Shown: positions 27,047-38,336, counted from the first letter of the whole stretch. The stretch: 60,576 bases of DNA, filler included, from 3 parts of 3 records of this genome joined end to end with filler, not necessarily neighbours in it, one strand, 5' to 3'. Made by a program: numbers and translations. Notes: generated by a model from the sequence alone, not told the origin.

Positions 27047-27877
27047 CTAATTCTTATCAACAGTATACATGTATACATCCTGTTGCGGATAAGGAATGGA
27101 AATGCCTTCCTGATCGAACACAAGTTTTACTTTTTCGGTGATGGCGAAGTAGACACCCCAGTAATCTCCAGTTTTGCACCAGGGGCGTACAATAAAGTTG
27201 ACCGAAGAATCTGCCAACTCGGAAACTTCCACCTGCGGGGCGGGAGAGGCGAGAACTCGTGGTTCATCTGCGAGAATTTGTTGCAGAATCTTTTTTGCTT
27301 TGAGCAAGTCATCATCGTAGCCGATGCCCATGACCAGATCGACTCGGCGAGTGTCATTGGCTGTGACGTTGGTGATTGTTCCGCCGAGCACTGCGGAGTT
27401 GGGCACGGTGATAACTTTGTTGTCTGGCGTGGTCAGTACTGTATTGAAGATGTTTACAGCCGTAACAGTACCGGATTCTCCACCGGCTGTGACGTAGTCA
27501 CCTTTCTTGAAGAAATTCATCATGATCAGGATGACACCAGCTGCAAAGTTGGACAGGGAATCCTTGAGAGCGAGACCGACAGCCAAACCTGCGGCACCGA
27601 GGACAGCGAGGAAAGACGTTACGTTGATTCCAGCCTGTCCAAGCGCAGCAATGACCACGGCGGCGAGCAGGGCATAGTAGATAATGTTGCGCATGAATGA
27701 GCCAAGGGTTTCATCCATTTTTGCTTTGAGCATGACTTTGCGGGTCATGTCAGCAATAGAGCGGGCAATTATGCGCCCGATGACAAAAAGTATCAGGGCA
27801 ACGATGAGTTTTACGCCATACGTGGTGGCGTAATACATTGCTGTATCAAAAAGCATTTGGGGGTCGAATCTTTCCAT
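27047..27877 (-). CDS. mscS: Small-conductance mechanosensitive channel
   Basis: GAAGLAVGLALKDSLSNFAAG, FKKGD, VPNS, RRVDL, SSVNF, ISIPYPQ; GGAGG RBS before ATG 27877. Confidence 0.95.
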   Translation of the reverse strand: MERFDPQMLFDTAMYYATTYGVKLIVALILFVIGRIIARSIADMTRKVMLKAKMDETLGSFMRNIIYYALLAAVVIAALGQAGINVTSFLAVLGAAGLAVGLALKDSLSNFAAGVILIMMNFFKKGDYVTAGGESGTVTAVNIFNTVLTTPDNKVITVPNSAVLGGTITNVTANDTRRVDLVMGIGYDDDLLKAKKILQQILADEPRVLASPAPQVEVSELADSSVNFIVRPWCKTGDYWGVYFAITEKVKLVFDQEGISIPYPQQDVYMYTVDKN

Positions 27878-27970
27878 GTTTCCTCCAGAGAAAAAAGTCA
27901 CTAAGATTTGGTAGTCATTATCATAAAGATAGTCGGTTAGGAACTCCCTACTTGGTAAATGGGGAAAGTT

Positions 27971-28726
27971 TTATTCACCCCATTTTTCTTTTTCGTCCAC
28001 CCGAATGTACTTTTGGAATGTGTAATAATACCCGGCAAGAGCGTTGCAGAACCCTGCAGCACCGTCGAGAAAACCGAGTTTCAGGAAATAGAGTTTGATG
28101 AAACGGACAGTAGCGTGAAGCAAAGCATTGAGCATGCCGCCGCGTTTCCCTTTTTCACGAAGAGCGATAGCCCCTTCTTCAGCATAGTAATTGATTTTTT
28201 CCATGTGCTGCTGAAAGGATTCATAAGGATAATGCAGAATGTCGCCGGACAGTTTTATTGTCTCGCCACGTGGTTTAAAGTGATAATGGGCACCTGAAGC
28301 CGACACTTCCATTTGTCCTGTACGAAAGACACGGAAAAGATAGTCGGGATACCAGCCGGAATGCTTCATGAATCGGTTGAAATAGAAAGAGCTTCGTGGA
28401 GTATAGTAGCCGGAAACATGCTCTTTTTTTGAGAGTTTTCTGATGATATTATCGCGTAGTTCGTCGGTGAGGTACTCATCTTGATCTAATGAGACAACCC
28501 AGGTGGTAGTGATTTCCGACAAGGCGAGTTTGAATTGAGCAACGGGGCCGGGCCAAGGGTTGACGATAACCCGAGCGCCACAAGCTTCCGCTATTTCTCG
28601 CGTGCGATCAGATGAGTCAGAATCAACAACGAGTAATTCATCACAAAAATCAAGCGACTTAAGACATTTCTCAAGTAGCCGTTCACCATTATATGTCAGG
28701 ACCAATCCGGTCACGGTTTCACGCAT
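27971..28726 (-). CDS. Glycosyltransferase family 2 (WaaE/KdtX-like)
   Basis: TYNGE, VVDSDSSDRT, SLDQDE, GWYPD, HYPY, LGFLDG. Confidence 0.9.
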   Translation of the reverse strand: MRETVTGLVLTYNGERLLEKCLKSLDFCDELLVVDSDSSDRTREIAEACGARVIVNPWPGPVAQFKLALSEITTTWVVSLDQDEYLTDELRDNIIRKLSKKEHVSGYYTPRSSFYFNRFMKHSGWYPDYLFRVFRTGQMEVSASGAHYHFKPRGETIKLSGDILHYPYESFQQHMEKINYYAEEGAIALREKGKRGGMLNALLHATVRFIKLYFLKLGFLDGAAGFCNALAGYYYTFQKYIRVDEKEKWGE

Positions 28727-28819
28727 TGTATCTCCCTTGATTGCTCGCGAATCTTACTCATTTATTCTAAATGGGTCCAATGAAACATGGTTCTTGTTGT
28801 GTCTCTTGTTTTGTTGTCC

Positions 28820-28857
28820 AAAAAAAAACGCCCCTCTTCGTCGAAGAGGGGCGTTTT
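28820..28857 (-). terminator. Intrinsic terminator after uraA
   Basis: AAAACGCCCCTCTTCG/CGAAGAGGGGCGTTTT stem with A9. Confidence 0.85.
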
Positions 28858-28870
28858 ATGCGTTTGAATA

Positions 28871-30241
28871 TTAGAGATCAGTATGGTGATCAGGAGCTGC
28901 GGGATCAATTTCGTCAGGCAACGGAGCATCGCAGTCTTTGCAGGGTAAAACAAGGTTCAGGATAACGCCGACAATACCGGCCAGACCGATGCCGCCGAGT
29001 TTAACTATGACGAGGTCGAAGCTCATCCCGCCGATACCGAACACGAGGATCATGGCCACGATGGCGAGATTACGCGGGAGCATCAGATCAGTTCCAGCAC
29101 GGACCAAAGTGTTAATGCCGATAACGGTGATGGCACCGAACAACAGAATCATGATGCCGCCCATGACGGGAACGGGGATGGTGCTGAGGAAGGCGCCAAG
29201 TTTGCCGACAAAGGCCAGCAGGATGGCGGTGATGGCTGCCCAAGTCATGATCGCGGGGTTGAAGGAGCGGGTCAGTGCGACTGCGCCGGAGACCTCGGAG
29301 TAAGTAGTGTTCGGGGGGCCGCCCAGACAAGCTGCCAAGGAAGTTGCAACACCGTCACCGAGCAAGGTGTTTTGGATGCCGGGATCTTTAACATAGTCTT
29401 TGCCGGAGATGCCACCGATAGCGAGAACGTCACCAAAGTGTTCAATGGCCGGCGCAATGGCAACCGGGACAATGAACAGAATAGCTTCGAGATTCCAGGT
29501 GGGGAATGTGAAATTGGGGATTGCCAGAACCGGTGCTTCCGCTATCTTCTGGAAGCTGACAAGCGCAGGGGCTGTCCAGTTCTGGAGAGTGCCTGGATCG
29601 AAAGCGGCTTGTTGAGCAGCAGTGAAGCCGGTGGCGTCCAAAATCAGGGATGTCACATAACCAACGGTGATGCCGAGCAGGATGGGAATGAGTTTGATCC
29701 AGCCTTTGCCGAGCAAAGATGCGAGGATTGTCGTCAGAAGAGCAGAGCCTGCAATGATCATGGCGGTGAGATTGGGCACAAGCCATGCGCCACCATCGCC
29801 TGTACGTCCCATCGCCATATGAACGGCAACCGGAGCCAGGATCAGGCCGATAACCATGATGACCGGGCCGGTGACAATCGGGGGCAGTACGCGGCGCAGC
29901 ATTTCAGACCCGTAAATACGGATCAGGAAGCTGAGTATCACGTAGAGCAGACCGGCACCGATCAGGCCACACATAGTGGCGGGAATACCCCAAGTCTGTA
30001 CGCCGTAGATGATGGGGGCGATGAAAGCAAAGGATGATGCCAGAAAAACAGGGACCTTGCCTTTGGTGATGACCTGGAAAACCAGAGTACCTGCGCCAGC
30101 AGTGAACAATGCCACGTTGGCGTCAAGGCCGGTCAACAGTGGTACCAGTACCAGTGCGCCGAACGCGACAAAAAGCATTTGCGCGCCGAGTAACGCGTCT
30201 TTGGGTCTGAAATTATACTCGGTGGAATGAAAGTTACTCAT
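28871..30241 (-). CDS. uraA: Uracil permease (NCS2/NAT family)
   Basis: [32 protein letters not shown] signature; downstream of upp; GGAGGAG RBS. Confidence 0.93.
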   Translation of the reverse strand: MSNFHSTEYNFRPKDALLGAQMLFVAFGALVLVPLLTGLDANVALFTAGAGTLVFQVITKGKVPVFLASSFAFIAPIIYGVQTWGIPATMCGLIGAGLLYVILSFLIRIYGSEMLRRVLPPIVTGPVIMVIGLILAPVAVHMAMGRTGDGGAWLVPNLTAMIIAGSALLTTILASLLGKGWIKLIPILLGITVGYVTSLILDATGFTAAQQAAFDPGTLQNWTAPALVSFQKIAEAPVLAIPNFTFPTWNLEAILFIVPVAIAPAIEHFGDVLAIGGISGKDYVKDPGIQNTLLGDGVATSLAACLGGPPNTTYSEVSGAVALTRSFNPAIMTWAAITAILLAFVGKLGAFLSTIPVPVMGGIMILLFGAITVIGINTLVRAGTDLMLPRNLAIVAMILVFGIGGMSFDLVIVKLGGIGLAGIVGVILNLVLPCKDCDAPLPDEIDPAAPDHHTDL

Positions 30242-30340
30242 AATGTGCCAACTCCTCCTCTCGGGCGTTATCGTGAAAGTTTTTCTTGTACTGTGCAAAT
30301 TTCACGAAGCGCCATTAATGGTTGCCCCCCTAAAAACCCC

Positions 30341-30369
30341 AAAAAAAGACACGCTGTGAAGCGTGTCTT
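30341..30369 (-). terminator. Terminator-like hairpin between upp and uraA
   Basis: AAGACACGCT/AGCGTGTCTT stem followed by T7 on the minus strand. Confidence 0.65.
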
Positions 30370-30374
30370 CATAC

Positions 30375-31001
30375 CTACTTGGTACCGAATATCTTGTCTC
30401 CCGCGTCTCCAAGACCGGGGATAATGTATCCGATGTCGTTGAGTCGCTCATCAAGAGCGGCTGTGTAAATATCCACTTCTGGATGCTCTTTGAGAATGCG
30501 ATCAACGCCTTCTGGCGCGGCGCACAGGAACAGACCTCGAATGGATTTACAGCCTGCATCCTTGAGCAGACGGATGGTTGCTTCCAAAGTACCACCGGTA
30601 GCCAGCATGGGATCGAGAATGAGCGCGGTGCGTTCTTCGATCTTGTTGGCGAGCTTGACGTAGTACTGGACAGGCTCAAGGGTTTCTTCATCGCGGTAAA
30701 AACCGACAACGGATGCCTTGGCGCCGGGAATCATATCGAATACGCCGTCCATCATGCCCAGACCTGCACGCAGGATAGGCACGACCGTGACCATTTTGCC
30801 CTTGATGCAGTCGACTTCGACGTCACCGGCCCAACCCTTGATAGTTCTTTTCTCGGTGGCGAAGTCTTTTGTGGCTTCGTACGTCAGAAGACGGGTGATC
30901 TCGTTTGACAGAGTGCGAAAATGGCTGGTGGAAATGTCATAAGAACGAAGCAGGCCGACTTTGTGTCGGATAAGCGGGTGATCTACCAGATGTAAGGCCA
31001 C
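30375..31001 (-). CDS. upp: Uracil phosphoribosyltransferase
   Basis: [40 protein letters not shown] start after GGAGG. Confidence 0.97.
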   Translation of the reverse strand: MALHLVDHPLIRHKVGLLRSYDISTSHFRTLSNEITRLLTYEATKDFATEKRTIKGWAGDVEVDCIKGKMVTVVPILRAGLGMMDGVFDMIPGAKASVVGFYRDEETLEPVQYYVKLANKIEERTALILDPMLATGGTLEATIRLLKDAGCKSIRGLFLCAAPEGVDRILKEHPEVDIYTAALDERLNDIGYIIPGLGDAGDKIFGTK

Positions 31002-31179
31002 AGGCCCTCCTTGTGTGCTGGTGTTTTATAAAATATAGTAATGAAAGTTGCGATTGCGCAAAATTTCCCTTTTCTAAGCTGATGAACGGCGTGGGTCAAG
31101 ACCCAATTTGGACTACGTCTAATGCATAAAATCAATTTGAATTTTACTTTCCAATGATTCCCGGTATATCGTCCATTTT

Positions 31180-32856
31180 ATGGTTGAAGAGAAAAAAATG
31201 AACATATGGAAGAGGAACGTGGACTTTTCGGACAGGGGCGTGCGTCTGGATAAATTCTGGGGGCGCGAACTGACTGAAGAAGGAGTCTCACGCGGACGGG
31301 TCAAATCCTGGATTGAATCCGGCATGGCTATCGTCGATGGGCAGATTATAACCAAAGGTAAACACAAGCTTTTAGGTGGTGAGCAAGTCTCCATCGGGGC
31401 TGAAGATGTGTTGATGGGCGAGAACGCCCCTGAGCCGATCCCGGGAGATCTATCGGTATTGTTTGAAGACGAGCATATGCTCGTGGTGGAAAAGCGTGCC
31501 GGAGTTACAACGCACCCTGCGCCGGCGGAAAAAGGACCGACTCTGGTCAATTATCTTCTGCATCAATGGCCGGATATTGCGGCGGATGTGTCAGGTATGG
31601 ACGAACAGCGTCCCGGCATCGTGCATCGATTGGATAAGGATACTTCAGGTATCATGGCAGTTGCCCGTACTGAAGCTGCCCGGTTGAAACTGGCATCTGA
31701 TTTTGCCGAGCGCAAAGTTCACAAGGTCTATCTTGCCATTGTCCACGGTTGTCCATCCCAGCCTTACGGTACCATTGATGCTCCTATGGGGCGTCATCCC
31801 AATCAGAAGACTCGCATGGCCGTTGTTGAAAAAGGCGGTCGTGATGCTCGGAGTGAGTATCGTGTCCTTTGGACCGGACCTCGCGGGTTGGCCTCGTTGG
31901 TGGCCGTGCGTATCCATACAGGACGAACCCACCAAATTCGTGTGCACATGGCACATATTGGTCATCCGCTTTTGGGAGATGGGGTCTATGGCTCGCGGGA
32001 AAATGTTGACTGGTCCCGGCGGCCTGATTCTTTGGCTGTATTGGCTCCGCGCCAAATGCTTCATGCCTTTTATCTTTCAGTAACACACCCCGTGACCGGT
32101 GAAAAAATAATCCGCTGGCAGGCCCCGCCTGAAGATTTTCAGACGTTATTGTCCGGTTTGACACGTGAGTGTTTGCGGGTGGGGATTGTTGGTATGCCCG
32201 GTTGTGGTAAATCCACGATGCTTAAGGCGTTGTGTGGCTTGGAGCTCCCCTGTTTCAGTGCAGATGAGAGTGTTGCTGCGCTTTATGGCCCGGATGGTGA
32301 TGGGGCCTCCATGATTCGACAACGATTTGGCGGGCAGTATTCGCTTGAGGATGGAAGCGTGGACAAAATAGTTTTGTTTCAAGCCATGCAGACTTCCGAA
32401 ACCGTGCGCCGAGAGGTGATGGATTTGATTCATCCCATGGTTCGTCATGCGTGCGAAGAGTTTTTCAAGGAGCATCGTGATGAGGTGGCCGCCTTTGCCG
32501 AGGTTCCATTGTTGTTGGAGTCGGGGTGGCATAAAGACGGTCGTGTGGATATGGTTGCCGGAGTCTCGTGTCCCGATGAAAAACGGACAGGCGAATTGCG
32601 TGAGAAACGGGGACTGACTGCTGAAACATTGGCCATATTCGACTCGTGGCAATGGTCGGAGAAAGATAAGCTCGCGGCATGTGATCTTGTGTTGAGCAAT
32701 GCTGGCGGCGTGAAAGAATTGCAAGGTGAAGCCGTCACATTGTGGAATTTTGCTCGTGAAAAGGCTGAGCGGCGTAATACGGAATTCGAGGGCTGGATGG
32801 AAGAACTGTGGCCTGATCTGGCCGATGAATTTTCGGCTGAGGGGGCTGATGCATGA
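31180..32856 (+). CDS. Fusion of RluD-type pseudouridine synthase and dephospho-CoA kinase
   Basis: S4 domain, HRLDKDTSG, TGRTHQIRVH, QMLHA, then GMPGCGKST, IHPMV, EVPLLLE (CoaE) in one open frame. Confidence 0.9.
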   Translation: MVEEKKMNIWKRNVDFSDRGVRLDKFWGRELTEEGVSRGRVKSWIESGMAIVDGQIITKGKHKLLGGEQVSIGAEDVLMGENAPEPIPGDLSVLFEDEHMLVVEKRAGVTTHPAPAEKGPTLVNYLLHQWPDIAADVSGMDEQRPGIVHRLDKDTSGIMAVARTEAARLKLASDFAERKVHKVYLAIVHGCPSQPYGTIDAPMGRHPNQKTRMAVVEKGGRDARSEYRVLWTGPRGLASLVAVRIHTGRTHQIRVHMAHIGHPLLGDGVYGSRENVDWSRRPDSLAVLAPRQMLHAFYLSVTHPVTGEKIIRWQAPPEDFQTLLSGLTRECLRVGIVGMPGCGKSTMLKALCGLELPCFSADESVAALYGPDGDGASMIRQRFGGQYSLEDGSVDKIVLFQAMQTSETVRREVMDLIHPMVRHACEEFFKEHRDEVAAFAEVPLLLESGWHKDGRVDMVAGVSCPDEKRTGELREKRGLTAETLAIFDSWQWSEKDKLAACDLVLSNAGGVKELQGEAVTLWNFAREKAERRNTEFEGWMEELWPDLADEFSAEGADA

Positions 32857-33593
32857 TTCCCATTCGTGACAATGTGCCAAGACTGACATCCCCTTATGGG
32901 GTGAGTCTCATCATTGTCATTAATGTGGTGGTTTTTCTGTATACCCTGACCGTGGGGCCGCGTGAGCTCGCTTATCTGTATCATTTGTTCGGAGTTGTCC
33001 CAGCTCGGTTCTTTTCTCCTGACTGGGCTACATGGGCCGGATATCCCGACACTGTGGGGTGGCCGTTGTTTTCCTATATGTTTCTGCATGGCGGCTGGCT
33101 GCATATAATCATGAATATGTGGATGCTCTGGCTGTTTGGAGACAACATCGAGGATGTCACAGGCCATGGCCGGTTTGTGTTGTTCTACTTGCTTTGCGGT
33201 CTGGCGGCAGTGAGTCTGCATATGGTGTTTGAGTCGGATTCGACGATCCCTATTGTAGGCGCATCCGGGGCCGTGGCAGGAGTCATGGGGGCCTATGTCT
33301 TCCTGTATCCTCATGGACGAGTTACTGTTTTAGTGCCCATCATTATTATTCCGCTTTTCTTTCAGGTGCCGTCATTCCTTTTTCTTGGTATCTGGTTTCT
33401 CTCTCAGGTGGCGTCTGGGATTTCGGCATCCGCACAGCAGACCGCGCACGGCGTGGCCTGGTGGGCTCATGTTGGCGGTTTTATTGCTGGTGCGATTCTT
33501 ATTCGTTGGTTCAAGCGTCCGGGAAGTTGTAAATACTGTTATAACCCGGACACCAAGGATTATGACCCGGAGTTATTGGATCAGGATATTTAA
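32853..33593 (+). CDS. Rhomboid-family intramembrane serine protease
   Basis: MIPIRD start, FLHGGWLH..NM, GASGA, AWWAHVGGF; ATGA overlap with the upstream fusion gene. Confidence 0.93.
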   Translation: MIPIRDNVPRLTSPYGVSLIIVINVVVFLYTLTVGPRELAYLYHLFGVVPARFFSPDWATWAGYPDTVGWPLFSYMFLHGGWLHIIMNMWMLWLFGDNIEDVTGHGRFVLFYLLCGLAAVSLHMVFESDSTIPIVGASGAVAGVMGAYVFLYPHGRVTVLVPIIIIPLFFQVPSFLFLGIWFLSQVASGISASAQQTAHGVAWWAHVGGFIAGAILIRWFKRPGSCKYCYNPDTKDYDPELLDQDI

Positions 33594-33620
33594 GCGCCAT
33601 TATGATTGATGCTTTTGGGG

Positions 33621-34178
33621 CTATTTGCTCGGGATCATGAATGATGTCACTTTACGAACGCCCTCAACACTTTTAGCAACTTTGATGGCTAGTTGAGCAT
33701 CTTTTTTGCTACGAACCATGCCGAGCAGTACCACTTCTCCGTTCATGGCTTCCTGTTCGATTTGTGTCGCCGAAAGATCTCCTTCGGCAATGAGTGCCGC
33801 ACGCACGCTGGCAGCAATTTCCAGATCGTCCGCAGTCGTGTCGGATTCTTTGACAAAGTATTTGGTAACTTTTTTTACTTCTTTTGTGGACTTGGCCGTC
33901 TTGACGGCAAATGATTGGAATGCAGTGTCATTGATGGCGCCTACGAGATATACGTGTTTCAAGAAGCAGTAGACATGAATTTGGAGAGCCTTTTCGCCAT
34001 CTTTGTCGGCCATGTTTTTTTTGATGGAAAGAGAAATTTCCTTGTCAGCTGCCTGGTCACCAACACTGCGTTCATCTCGTGCACTGCCGTATATGGCTCC
34101 CCATGGAGTCCACGCTATGGCTGATATGGCAAGGCAAACGATAAGCAGATTGGAGAGTATCAATTGAGAGTTTTTCAT
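33621..34178 (-). CDS. Dual BON-domain periplasmic protein (OsmY/DolP-like)
   Basis: Signal peptide; DERSVG..D, VYLVG, NGEVVLLGMV, VEGVRKV; start moved to ATG 34178. Confidence 0.85.
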   Translation of the reverse strand: MKNSQLILSNLLIVCLAISAIAWTPWGAIYGSARDERSVGDQAADKEISLSIKKNMADKDGEKALQIHVYCFLKHVYLVGAINDTAFQSFAVKTAKSTKEVKKVTKYFVKESDTTADDLEIAASVRAALIAEGDLSATQIEQEAMNGEVVLLGMVRSKKDAQLAIKVAKSVEGVRKVTSFMIPSK

Positions 34179-34243
34179 GATTCCTCCTGAAAGAGCTGTG
34201 GAAAAGTTTGTGGAAAACTTGTGTAATGTTTCCATTTAGGCAC

Positions 34244-34271
34244 TTGACACAGAGTGAGAGCATATTAACTT
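34244..34271 (+). promoter_or_regulatory. Sigma70-type promoter of cbpA-cbpM-clpB
   Basis: TTGACA-N16-TAACTT. Confidence 0.5.
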
Positions 34272-34325
34272 AGAAAAGTATCGACGGAAATATTTTTTTG
34301 TTTTCAGGAAAGGAACACGATTCGA

Positions 34326-35300
34326 ATGGAATATAGAGATTATTACAAACTCCTCGGGGTTTCCCGTTCATCATCCAAGGATGAAATAAGTAAGGCCTTT
34401 AAAAAATTGGCCCGCAAGTATCATCCTGACCTCAATCCGAACAACCCGGAAGCGGAAGCCAAGTTCAAGGAGATCAACGAAGCCTACGAAGTTCTCAAGG
34501 ATGAGAAGAAGCGCAAACTCTATGATCAGTTCGGTTCCAATTGGGAACACGGACAGAATTTCCAGCCACCGCCGGGATATGAAAATATGCAGTATGGTGG
34601 CGGAGGGGGATTCGGCGGCGGAGCCGGTTTCTCAGACTTTTTTGAGACTATTTTTGGTGGTGGTGGACCGGGGGGCGCAAGTTTCCGCGGTGGGTTCCAG
34701 CAGGGTGGCTTTGGTGGCGGAGGCTATCAGCAACGGCCCCGTCGCGGTTCTGATTCCGAGGCATCCTATGAGATGTCGTTGGAAGAAGCGTTTCGCGGTG
34801 GCAAGAAGTCTATCACTGTGCAGGAACAGGTCACCGGCCCGGAAGGCTTCCCGCACATGAGCACCAAGACCCTTGAGATCAATGTGCCACCGGGTGTCAA
34901 GGATGGGCAGAAGATTCGTCTGGCCGGACAGGGCAACCCCGGTATGGGTGGTGGCCCTAAGGGGGACCTGTATCTCAAGATCAGGCTTATGCATCATCAC
35001 ATGTTCAAAGTGTCTGATGCAGACGTTATTCTTGATTTGCCTTTGTCTCCTTGGGAAGCTGCGCTGGGTGCAAGTTTACGTATTCCTACACTCGATGGCG
35101 CAGTGGAAATGAAGATTCCGCCAGGCATTGGTTCCGGTAAAAAGTTGCGAATCAAGGGCAAAGGGCTGGGAGCCGGTGCGAAGAAGGGTGATCAGTTCGT
35201 TCGTATCATGATTCAAGTGCCTGAGCGACTTTCTAGCGAAGAGCGTGACTTGTTGGAAAAGCTGCAAGAAGTGTCTGATTTCACACCGAGAAATTTCTGA
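34326..35300 (+). CDS. cbpA: DnaJ class B chaperone (CbpA-like, no zinc finger)
   Basis: J-domain HPD, G/F-rich linker, FSDFFE, GDLYL, PWEAALG. Confidence 0.88.
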   Translation: MEYRDYYKLLGVSRSSSKDEISKAFKKLARKYHPDLNPNNPEAEAKFKEINEAYEVLKDEKKRKLYDQFGSNWEHGQNFQPPPGYENMQYGGGGGFGGGAGFSDFFETIFGGGGPGGASFRGGFQQGGFGGGGYQQRPRRGSDSEASYEMSLEEAFRGGKKSITVQEQVTGPEGFPHMSTKTLEINVPPGVKDGQKIRLAGQGNPGMGGGPKGDLYLKIRLMHHHMFKVSDADVILDLPLSPWEAALGASLRIPTLDGAVEMKIPPGIGSGKKLRIKGKGLGAGAKKGDQFVRIMIQVPERLSSEERDLLEKLQEVSDFTPRNF

Positions 35301-35312
35301 GGAAATTGAACT

Positions 35313-35648
35313 ATGACCACACGAAAGCTTCAGGAAATGTTGTTGCAACTGCCCGGTCTGAATTTGCCGGAACGTAGTGAGTATGTGGCTTGGGCACAAC
35401 TGGTGCAATTGACCAGTATTCAACCTGCTCAGGTCTCGGAATTGGTCGACCTCGGTTGGATTAGACCCAAGAAGACGAACGCGGAGGAGTATTTGTTTCG
35501 TCTGCGCGATGTCTACCGTATTCATAAACTTATGCGTCTGGTCAATGATCTGGACGTTTCCTTCAACTCCGGTTCCATTATTGTGGATTTACTGGAGCGG
35601 GTGGAAGAATTGGAAAAAGAAGTCATAGAGTTGAAGAGGCTTGTATAA
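35313..35648 (+). CDS. cbpM: Chaperone modulator CbpM (MerR-like fold)
   Basis: ELVDLGWIRP, RL..DLDV, IVDLLERVEEL; directly follows cbpA. Confidence 0.8.
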   Translation: MTTRKLQEMLLQLPGLNLPERSEYVAWAQLVQLTSIQPAQVSELVDLGWIRPKKTNAEEYLFRLRDVYRIHKLMRLVNDLDVSFNSGSIIVDLLERVEELEKEVIELKRLV

Positions 35649-35680
35649 CGGAGCCTTTTCACCTCTAAGGAGGTAAAAAT

Positions 35681-38278
35681 ATGGATCCGAATACTTTTAC
35701 GAAAAAAACACAGGACGCTGTATCCGAGGCCCAGAATTTGGCCATTCGAAGCGGACATCAGCAAATTGACTGCGAGCATCTCATGCACGCTCTTGTTGCG
35801 CAGGAGCAGGGATTGGTTCCCCAAATTCTGCGTAAACTCGGAGTGGCCCCTGATGCCTACCTTGGCGCTATTGACGCCGAAATAGCCAAAATGCCCCGCG
35901 TGACCGGTTCCGGCGCACGCCCCGACCAGATCGTTGTTACCCCACGTATGCAGAAAGCATTGGTGGCGGCAGACGACATGCGCAAGCGTATGAAGGACGA
36001 GTTCGTTTCCGTTGAGCACGTATTTGTTGCTCTCGTGGATGAATCCGGCTCTTCAGGTGTCGGACGTGTGAATAAACAGTTCGGTTTGAACAAGAACAAG
36101 GTCCTTGGTGCGCTTGAGGAAGTGCGTGGCAAACAACGCGTCACGTCCGACAATCCCGAAGCCACGTATGATTCGCTCAAGAAATATGGACGCGACCTCG
36201 TGGAAGAGGCCCGGTCCGGTAAGCTTGATCCCGTCATTGGTCGGGATAGCGAGATTCGTCGCGTTATCCGTATCCTTTCCCGTCGTACCAAGAATAACCC
36301 GGTGCTCATCGGTGAGGCCGGTGTTGGAAAGACCGCCATTGCCGAAGGACTCGCCCAACGTATCGTTAAAGGTGATGTGCCCGAGGGACTTAAGGACAAG
36401 ACTGTCTTTTCGTTGGATATGGGCTCGCTCATTGCCGGTGCAAAATATCGTGGTGAGTTCGAGGAACGACTTAAGGCCGTGCTTAAGGAAGTGCAGGAAT
36501 CCGCTGGACAGATTCTCATGTTCATTGATGAATTGCACACCATTGTGGGGGCAGGAAAAACCGATGGTGCCATGGACGCAGGAAATATCCTGAAGCCCAT
36601 GCTGGCGCGTGGTGAACTGCATTGTATCGGTGCAACCACCATTGACGAGTACCGCAAGTATATTGAGAAGGACCCGGCACTTGAACGCCGTTTCCAGACT
36701 GTGCTTGTGGAAGAGCCGAACGTGGAAGACACTATCTCCATCCTGCGCGGATTGCGAGAGCGATTCGAGGTGCACCATGGTGTGCGTATTGCGGACGGAG
36801 CAATTGTGGAAGCCGCTGTGCTGTCCAATCGATACATTACAGATCGTCAGTTGCCGGATAAAGCCATTGACCTCATTGATGAGGCCGCAGCTTTGATTCG
36901 TACCGAGATTGACTCCCAGCCCTATGAACTGGACAAGGCCAACCGTCAGATTATGCAACTCGAAATCGAGCGTGAGGCATTGAAGCGCGAGTCAGACAAG
37001 GCTTCGCGTGAACGTCTGGTCGAACTGGAAAAGAAGTTGGCCGAACTCAAGGAACATCAGTCTGCATTGCTTGCCCAATGGGAAAATGAAAAGGGTGGCA
37101 TCGAACGTCTGCGCTCCTTGAAGGAAGAGATTGAGTCTACTCGTCGTGATATTGACGAAGCCAAACGTGTGCACGATTACAACCGTGCTGCTGAACTGGA
37201 ATATGGTCGTCTGGCAACGTTGGAAAAAGATCTCAACGAACGCAACGAAGCCCTTGAATCCGGGGACACGCCGCGTATGGTCAGGGAAGAAGTCGGCCCT
37301 GATGATGTGGCGCAGGTCATAGCCCGGTGGACAGGTATCCCGGTATCCCGTTTGATGGAAGGAGAACGCGAGAAGCTTCTCAAACTCGGTGATATGCTAC
37401 ATGAGCGGGTTATTGGTCAGGACGACGCTGTTCAGGCCGTAGCAGATGCCGTCTTGCGCGCTCGTGCTGGTCTCAAAGACCCGACCAAGCCTATTGGCTC
37501 GTTTATCTTCCTCGGTCCCACAGGTGTGGGAAAGACCGAGCTGTGCAAGACTCTTGCATCCGCTTTGTTTGATTCTGAGGACAACATGGTTCGTATCGAC
37601 ATGTCCGAATATATGGAAAAGCACACCGTGGCCCGACTTATTGGTGCGCCTCCGGGGTATGTCGGGTATGACGAAGGTGGTCAGTTGACCGAATCCGTCA
37701 GGCGCAAGCCTTATTCCGTCATTCTGTTTGATGAAATTGAAAAGGCGCATCATGACGTTTTCAATGTGCTTCTCCAGATTCTCGATGACGGACGACTGAC
37801 TGATTCTCATGGGCGGACCGTGGACTTCAAGAATACCATCGTCATTATGACGAGCAACCTTGGTGCGGAGTTCATGCTGGACGGTATTGATCAGACCGGC
37901 GAGTTCCGGGAAGGGGTAGAAGAGCAGGTCATGGATGTTCTGCGTCGCCATTTCCGTCCGGAGTTTCTCAACCGTGTGGATGAGACCGTGCTGTTCCGAC
38001 CTCTTACGCCGACCCAGCTTGCAGGAATTATTGATCTGCTGGTTGCAGGATTGCGTTCCCGTTTGGAAGACCGCAAGATCGAGTTGCTCCTTACAGATAA
38101 GGCCAAGGCGTTTATTGCTGAATCTGCCTATGAACCGAGCTTTGGCGCACGTCCGCTTCATCGATACCTGCAGGCACATCTGGAAACACCGCTTGCAAAG
38201 TTGCTTATCAGCGGAGAATTGGCGGATGGCACCTCTGTGACTGTGGACGAAAAAGATGGCGGACTGATGTTCGTATAA
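35681..38278 (+). CDS. clpB: ATP-dependent disaggregase ClpB
   Basis: Two AAA+ modules ([16 protein letters not shown]), coiled-coil M domain, GAPPGYVGY. Confidence 0.97.
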   Translation: MDPNTFTKKTQDAVSEAQNLAIRSGHQQIDCEHLMHALVAQEQGLVPQILRKLGVAPDAYLGAIDAEIAKMPRVTGSGARPDQIVVTPRMQKALVAADDMRKRMKDEFVSVEHVFVALVDESGSSGVGRVNKQFGLNKNKVLGALEEVRGKQRVTSDNPEATYDSLKKYGRDLVEEARSGKLDPVIGRDSEIRRVIRILSRRTKNNPVLIGEAGVGKTAIAEGLAQRIVKGDVPEGLKDKTVFSLDMGSLIAGAKYRGEFEERLKAVLKEVQESAGQILMFIDELHTIVGAGKTDGAMDAGNILKPMLARGELHCIGATTIDEYRKYIEKDPALERRFQTVLVEEPNVEDTISILRGLRERFEVHHGVRIADGAIVEAAVLSNRYITDRQLPDKAIDLIDEAAALIRTEIDSQPYELDKANRQIMQLEIEREALKRESDKASRERLVELEKKLAELKEHQSALLAQWENEKGGIERLRSLKEEIESTRRDIDEAKRVHDYNRAAELEYGRLATLEKDLNERNEALESGDTPRMVREEVGPDDVAQVIARWTGIPVSRLMEGEREKLLKLGDMLHERVIGQDDAVQAVADAVLRARAGLKDPTKPIGSFIFLGPTGVGKTELCKTLASALFDSEDNMVRIDMSEYMEKHTVARLIGAPPGYVGYDEGGQLTESVRRKPYSVILFDEIEKAHHDVFNVLLQILDDGRLTDSHGRTVDFKNTIVIMTSNLGAEFMLDGIDQTGEFREGVEEQVMDVLRRHFRPEFLNRVDETVLFRPLTPTQLAGIIDLLVAGLRSRLEDRKIELLLTDKAKAFIAESAYEPSFGARPLHRYLQAHLETPLAKLLISGELADGTSVTVDEKDGGLMFV

Positions 38279-38300
38279 ATATGGAGTAGAACGAAAGTAT

Positions 38301-38336
38301 AAGGTCGGCACCCGAGATGGGTGTCGGCCTTTTTTT
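38301..38336 (+). terminator. Intrinsic terminator after clpB
   Basis: AAGGTCGGCACCC/GGGTGTCGGCCTT stem followed by T7. Confidence 0.85.

Noticed and set aside
34236-34265. CIRCE element upstream of cbpA
   Set aside because: TTAGGCACTT...GAGTGAGAG does not fit TTAGCACTC-N9-GAGTGCTAA in sequence or spacing
35857-38311. Long antisense ORFs (326, 301 and 304 aa) opposite clpB, and similar ones opposite uraA, the RluD-CoaE fusion and lpdA
   Set aside because: Shadow frames of well-conserved genes caused by codon bias; no motifs or RBS
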